From assembly GCA_964016885.1 (NCBI GenBank), contig OZ024748.1, positions 19,344,001-19,408,000 of the forward strand: a DNA stretch of 64,000 bases. Reading direction: 5' to 3'. The stretch comes from Eledone cirrhosa. Taxonomy: Eukaryota. The notes below the pieces were generated by a model. That model was not told where the DNA came from. It worked only from the letters and a program-made list of their open reading frames with translations, and searched no databases. Below, in pieces: positions 57,868-64,000 of the stretch. The position numbers were made by a program, and so were the translations under genes. Within the stretch, counting starts at the first letter, position 1; each line of letters begins with the position of its first letter.

Positions 57868-58013
57868 AACCAGTAAGGACCCCGACGGCTGAGCTCAAAC
57901 CGTTTCGCTCAGCCGTCGGGGTCTTACTGGTTTCCTATTACCCACTCTACTACCCTAAGTATTGAGTACTTGGTGCGTTATGGTCCACCTGGTTCCTTAC
58001 CACATTTCCTTCG

Positions 58014-58015
<2 letters not shown>
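57864..58015 (+). mobile_element. Family A module with fold-back
   Basis: gacggctgagctcaaaccgtttc|gctcagccgtc; TA flanks. Confidence 0.75.
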
Positions 58016-58081
<66 letters not shown>

Positions 58082-58628
58082 TACCTCATCACATGTATAT
58101 GATTCGTTGTTCATATATATATATATATATATGAACAACGAATCACATACATGTGATGAGGTATGATGCAACTAGTAACTACACGCATGTCTCCTTGAGA
58201 AAAGCCGCTCTGTCGCTAACGTTGCATTAGTTGAATAGTTTTATTAATCAGGAAACAAACCCAGCATGATGATTGCCAGCTTAACTCGACTCAACAATAT
58301 TTTTCACAAAACTACACAGAATAATGGCAACTTTTGATTAGATAGTAAATTGCCTAATCCATTCTGAAACCTTATATCTCCCGCCAGTGATCGACAAATT
58401 TCATGTTCAGAGTCCTTGGAAGTTATTTTCAGTGAGTGGCTCGGAAATCTTATCTTATTAATGATGCTCACTACACCAAGGGCACTATAGACTCCGATAA
58501 TACATAAGGAAATATTACACCGATACTACTTGAAAGTATTATACACCTACAGACTTGGAAACATTAAAAAAAATTGTCTGTATATTTTCTCATGGTCATT
58601 CACCAGCCGTTCATATTTACAACGATGT

Positions 58629-58715
<87 letters not shown>

Positions 58716-59608
58716 GAGAGAGAGGAATATTAAAGACTGTATCGTAAATTTTGGGTTTCTTTAAGATAATATACTTTAGTCCTGCAAAGTTACTGAAGCT
58801 TTTCATATTTACAGCAATGTTTACGAGAGAGGGAGAGAAGGAGAGAGAGGAAAAAAGTAAAGACTATAATAAATTTTAAGTTTCTTAAGGACAGAAAATA
58901 CATTAGCACTGCGAAGTTACTGAACTTCAATATGAGACACATTGGAACGAAGAGGGAAGCATCTACGAATACACATTAAAGTGGAATGTACTGTAATACA
59001 TAACATTGCACTTTCAAAGACACATAGATTCAGTTGATGGACAATGACGATTTAATAATTCGTGTCGTGTTAAATATAAGGGTCGGCTGATCAAGATACT
59101 CTCATGGAATGACCAAATGAGGTTTAATTTTCAACACAGTCCCTGGAAAGAAACAATGCAGTTATTAATGAGAAGATTTGAAATTAATTAATACGAGATT
59201 TCACAGCCCTAGTATCATTCTTCATAGGCTGACCACCATTTTACGGCCGGCCTTGCCGAAAATTAAAAACAGATTTTGTTGTCGCTCTAACATAGTGGAC
59301 ACCTAAATGTATTCGGGATTGAATAATAATAATTGTTTCTACTTTTGGCACAAGGCCAGCAAATACCCAGTACATTACTGGTACTGTATTTTATCGACCC
59401 CGTAAAGATGAAAGGCAGAGTTAACCTCGGCGGGATTTGAACTCAGATCGTAAAGGGATGTAACTACGCTGGAAAGCATGTCTGACCCTCTACGGTATGT
59501 TTGTCATAAAATCATTTGGTATGCAACTTAGACTAATCAGTCGATGTATACCTTTGAGAATACTATATATTCTCAGCAGTTCCAGCGGGTAGCTGCGACG
59601 AGAGATAT

Positions 59609-59653
59609 ATAGTCTTGATAAGGGGCAATAACTCCGAAACAATTGAGGACTAT
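59609..59653 (+). ncRNA. Degenerate HHR (duplicate 61875-61919)
   Basis: atagtc-TTGATAA-gggg/ctcc-GAAAC-AATT-GAG-gactat. Confidence 0.5.
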
Positions 59654-59772
59654 TTTCTCTCTGCTACAGCTGAAACAAAAGGATAACGTCAGTCATCAAA
59701 AAAGCACACATGGTGTTATGAGGCCATTTGCTTGCAAACGAACTGAATATTAATAATATTATTATTTGCTCA

Positions 59773-59960
59773 CGGTGGAATTGGCAGTATCGGTAGAGGG
59801 TCGGACGCCATGCTTTCCAGCATAGTTACGTCCCTTTACGATCTGAGTTCAAATCCCGCGAGGTTGACTTTGCCTTTCATCCTTACGGGGTCGATAAAAT
59901 AAAGTACCAGTAATGCACTGGATAATTGCTGGCCTTGTGCCTAAAGTAGAAACAATTATT
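59773..59960 (+). mobile_element. Deu/Nin-domain SINE (duplicate 62040-62225)
   Basis: Flanked by the 17-bp direct repeat attattatttgctcacg. Confidence 0.85.
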
Positions 59961-60031
59961 ATTTGCTCACGAATACATAAATACATACACATAGACAAAC
60001 ACGCACACACACGCACACACACGCACACACA

Positions 60032-60063
<32 letters not shown>

Positions 60064-60074
60064 TATAAATATAT

Positions 60075-60560
60075 ATTTGTTTTGCAAGGTTTTTGATATG
60101 AAATCGTGTGTTGAAACAAATATTGTTATACTTGGGGAGGGTCATATTGTTGTAATACTGCCAGAAATAATAATAGACAACACTCACTGTTGTGGTTTGG
60201 GCTGGTTTTCGATTCTGTATCTTTTATATCTCCATAGTTAATATATCTGGTAATCAATGTTTATCATTGATTGACCAACGGTTAAAAATACAAATATAAA
60301 TATATATATATATATAGACTATCAAAGTTCTGTCGTCACACATCTGTGACATCATCAATGGTAGCATTATGTTTTCTCCCATTGTATTGTATTGCCTACG
60401 CCATTTTTATTCTATTTTATTTAATTTAAATTAAATAAAAATGGCGTAGGCATAACAATACAACGGGAGCAAACATAATGCTACATTGATGATGTCACAG
60501 ATGTGTGACGACACAACTTTGATAGACTATATATATATATATGCGCGCGTGTGTGTGTGT

Positions 60561-60640
<80 letters not shown>

Positions 60641-60805
60641 TTAACAGTTGGTCAATCAATGAGGAACATTGATTGCCAGATAAATTAACTATGGAGATAT
60701 AAATGATACAGAAGCAAAATCCAACCCAAACCAAACAGTGAGTGTTTTCTATTATTATTTCTGGCAATATTATAACAATATGACCCTCCCCAAATATAAC
60801 AATAA
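60075..60805. mobile_element. Family C-related module with ~310-bp fold-back arms (duplicate 62341-63060)
   Basis: Centre ttaatttaaattaa at ~60427. Single-arm homologue at 47978-48300. Confidence 0.8.
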
Positions 60806-60827
60806 ATATAACAATATATATAACAAT

Positions 60828-60887
<60 letters not shown>

Positions 60888-60900
60888 TTAATATAGATGA

Positions 60901-60949
60901 GATTCTACAGGACTAGAACTGTTTCATTCTTTAGAAATCATCAGGAATC
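60901..60949 (-). ncRNA. Type I HHR, core intact (duplicate 63143-63191)
   Basis: Minus: gattc-CTGATGA-t-ttc/gaa-t-GAAA-cag/ctg-TA-gaatc; GUA site. Confidence 0.75.
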
Positions 60950-60970
60950 TTAAATATATATATATATATT

Positions 60971-61584
60971 TAACTGAACAAAAAAAGAAAAACGAACACA
61001 TGCATATACATATATGTGTTCAAATCGTAAGAGACCAGATTTTGAGTTTCTAACTCAATACATGCCTTTGATATATTCGGCTCCGTTAATTCAAATGTCG
61101 AGTAAACCCGGCTGCTATTTTTAGTGGCATGAGTCTGCGAGACACGCTAAGTTCTGGCACCATGTGCGTTATATATACGCACACTATCCAGTTTTTTAAT
61201 ATACTTAGAAGTGACCAGGATACTAATAATTCTTCACCCGCTGATGAGCTAGAATTTTGGTAGTCCTCTTCACAATTAATATTGCGAAACAGTATTATCA
61301 AAACTGTCTGGGTGATTGGTAGTTACCACAATTCCGGTTTGTATTTATTTTTCTTGATTTATTCTTAAATTGAGTCTGGCAAACCCTATTGTCTGTAGTT
61401 AGTATTCTTTCACCTTAGCGAATCTGGTCCTTATAACTTGAACACATACATGTATATGTCTGTGTTCGTTTTTCTTCTTTGTTCAGTTATATTATACGGC
61501 TCGGAAAAACCTCTTTCCTAGAGCTAATTTATTATTGGAAGAAACTATTTTGAGTTTCTAACTCAATACATGCCGTTGATATAT
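60971..61584 (+). mobile_element. Retrozyme-like ORF-less element: 5' inversion, 38-bp terminal direct repeat, 508-nt monomer (duplicate 63213-63826)
   Basis: Repeat at 61039-61076 and 61547-61584; 60971-61041 is the inverse of 61421-61489; HHR inside; TA flanks. Confidence 0.75.
61234..61315 (+). ncRNA. Type I HHR with stable stem III and GUC site
   Basis: tcacccg-CTGATGA-gc...gc-GAAA-cagt/actg-TC-tgggtga. Confidence 0.85.
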
Positions 61585-62297
61585 ATATATATATATAACT
61601 GTTTCTATTTTAGGCACAAGGCCAGCAATTACCCAGTGCATTACTGGTACTGTATTTTATCGACCCCGTAAAGATGAAAGGCAGAGTTAACCTCGGCGGG
61701 ATTTGAACTCAGATCGTAAAGGGATGTAACTACGCTGGAAAGCATGTCTGACCCTCTACGGTATGTTTGTCATAAAATCATTTGGTATGCAACTTAGACT
61801 AATCAGTCGATGTATACCTTTGAGAATACTATATATTCTCAGCAGTTCCAGCGGGTAGCTGCGACGAGAGATATATAGTCTTGATAAGGGGCAATAACTC
61901 CGAAACAATTGAGGACTATTTTCTCTCTGCTACAGCTGAAACAAAAGGATAACGTCAGTCATCAAAAAAGCACACATGGTGTTATGAGGCCATTTGCTTG
62001 CAAACGAACTGAATATTAATAATATTATTATTTGCTCACGGTGGATTGGCAGTATCGGTAGAGGGTCGGACGCCATGCTTTCCAGCATAGTTACGTCCCT
62101 TTACGATCTGAGTTCAAATCCCGCCGAGGTTGACTTTGCCTTTCATCCTTACGGGGTCGATAAAATAAAGTACCAGTAATGCACTGGATAATTGCTGGCC
62201 TTGTGCCTAAAGTAGAAACAATTATTATTTGCTCACGAATACATAAATACATACACACAGACAAACACGCACAGACACGCACACACACGCACACACA

Positions 62298-62329
<32 letters not shown>

Positions 62330-62830
62330 TATAAATATATATTTGTTTTGCAAGGTTTTTGATATGAAATCGTGTGTTGAAACAAATATTGTTATACTTG
62401 GGGAGGGTCATATTGTTGTAATACTGCCAGAAATAATAATAGACAACACTCACTGTTGTGGTTTGGGCTGGTTTTCGATTCTGTATCTTTTATATCTCCA
62501 TAGTTAATATATCTGGTAATCAATGTTTATCATTGATTGACCAACGGTTAAAAATACAAATATAAATATATATATATATATAGACTATCAAAGTTCTGTC
62601 GTCACACATCTGTGACATCATCAATGGTAGCATTATGTTTTCTCCCATTGTATTGTATTGCCTACGCCATTTTTATTCTATTTTATTTAATTTAAATTAA
62701 ATAAAAATGGCGTAGGCATAACAATACAACGGGAGCAAACATAATGCTACATTGATGATGTCACAGATGTGTGACGACACAACTTTGATAGACTATATAT
62801 ATATATATGCGCGCGTGTGTGTGTGTGTGT

Positions 62831-62896
<66 letters not shown>

Positions 62897-63083
62897 TTAA
62901 CAGTTGGTCAATCAATGAGGAACATTGATTGCCAGATAAATTAACTATGGAGATATAAATGATACAGAAGCAAAATCCAACCCAAACCAAACAGTGAGTG
63001 TTTTCTATTATTATTTCTGGCAATATTATAACAATATGACCCTCCCCAAATATAACAATAAATATAACAATATATATAACAAT

Positions 63084-63129
<46 letters not shown>

Positions 63130-63475
63130 TTAATATAGATGAGATTCTACAGGACTAGAACTGTTTCATTCTTTAGAAATCATCAGGAATCTTAAATATA
63201 TATATATATATTTAACTGAACAAAAAAAGAAAAACGAACACATGCATATACATATATTTGTTCAAATCGTAAGAGACCAGATTTTGAGTTTCTAACTCAA
63301 TACATGCCTTTGATATATTCGGCTCCGTTAATTCAAATGTCGAGTAAACCCGGCTGCTATTTTTAGTGGCATGAGTCTGCGAGACACGCTATGTTCTGGC
63401 ACCATGTGCGTTATATATACGCACACTATCCAGTTTTTTAATATACTTAGAAGTGACCAGGATACTAATAATTCT

Positions 63476-63557
63476 TCACCCGCTGATGAGCTAGAATTTT
63501 GGTATTCCTCTTCACAATTAATATTGCGAAACAGTATTATCAAAACTGTCTGGGTGA
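63476..63557 (+). ncRNA. Duplicate of the HHR at 61234
   Basis: Same fold, one loop II substitution. Confidence 0.85.
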
Positions 63558-63837
63558 TTGGTAGTTACCACAATTCCGGTTTGTATTTATTTTTCTTGAT
63601 TTATTCTTAAATTGAGTCTGGCAAACCCTATTGTCTGTAGTTAGTATTCTTTCACCTTAGCGAATCTGGTCCTTATAACTTGAACACATACATGTATATG
63701 TCTGTGTTCGTTTTTCTTCTTTGTTCAGTTATATTATACGGCTCGGAAAAACCTCTTTCCTAGAGCTAATTTATTATTGGAAGAAACTATTTTGAGTTTC
63801 TAACTCAATACATGCCGTTGATATATATATATATATA

Positions 63838-64000
63838 TAACTGTTTCTATTTTAGGCACAAGGCCAGCAATTACCCAGTGCATTACTGGTACCTTTATTT
63901 TATCGACCCCGTAAGGATGAAAGGCAAAGTAAACCTCGGCGGGATTTGAACTCAGACTGTAAAGGGACGTAACTATGCTGGAAAGCATGGCGTCCGACTC
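63838..64000 (-). mobile_element. Deu/Nin-domain SINE (runs off the window)
   Basis: Matches the family consensus. Confidence 0.85.

Larger units (their letters stand above)
59328..63890. repeat. ~2.25-kb direct tandem duplication bounded by three same-orientation SINEs
   Basis: 59373-61650 matches 61639-63892, with offsets of 2266 to 2242 owing to microsatellite length. SINE(-) copies at 59328, 61598 and 63838. Confidence 0.95.

Overview
Eukaryotic, AT-rich, microsatellite-saturated intronic or intergenic DNA. The SINE repertoire and repeat landscape suggest an octopus or other coleoid genome (inference, not verified). No host protein-coding exon could be supported, and nearly all ORFs in the track are translated microsatellites. 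Recognisable coding remnants are all transposon-derived: two Tx1/L1-clade LINE 3' ends in (TATC)n, two R4/Dong-type RLE LINE 3' ends in (TAA)n, a Tc1/mariner DD37D-like C-terminus and an RTE-like RT fragment. Also present are about 17 tRNA-derived Deu/Nin-domain SINE copies, CORE-type SINEs, Helitron-like ends and a ~2.25 kb SINE-mediated tandem duplication. The main unannotated signal is that many short islands between (TA)n tracts are ORF-less Penelope-like/retrozyme-type modules from several divergent families. Together they carry more than 20 intact or decayed type I hammerhead ribozymes (HHRs), a shared covarying 3' bulged hairpin (RCTC-stem-TW-GAGY) and fold-back inversions that often pivot inside the ribozyme. 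One copy has a ~508-nt monomer with a terminal direct repeat, and a related copy looks circularly permuted. All structures were folded by eye; none has been tested computationally or biochemically.
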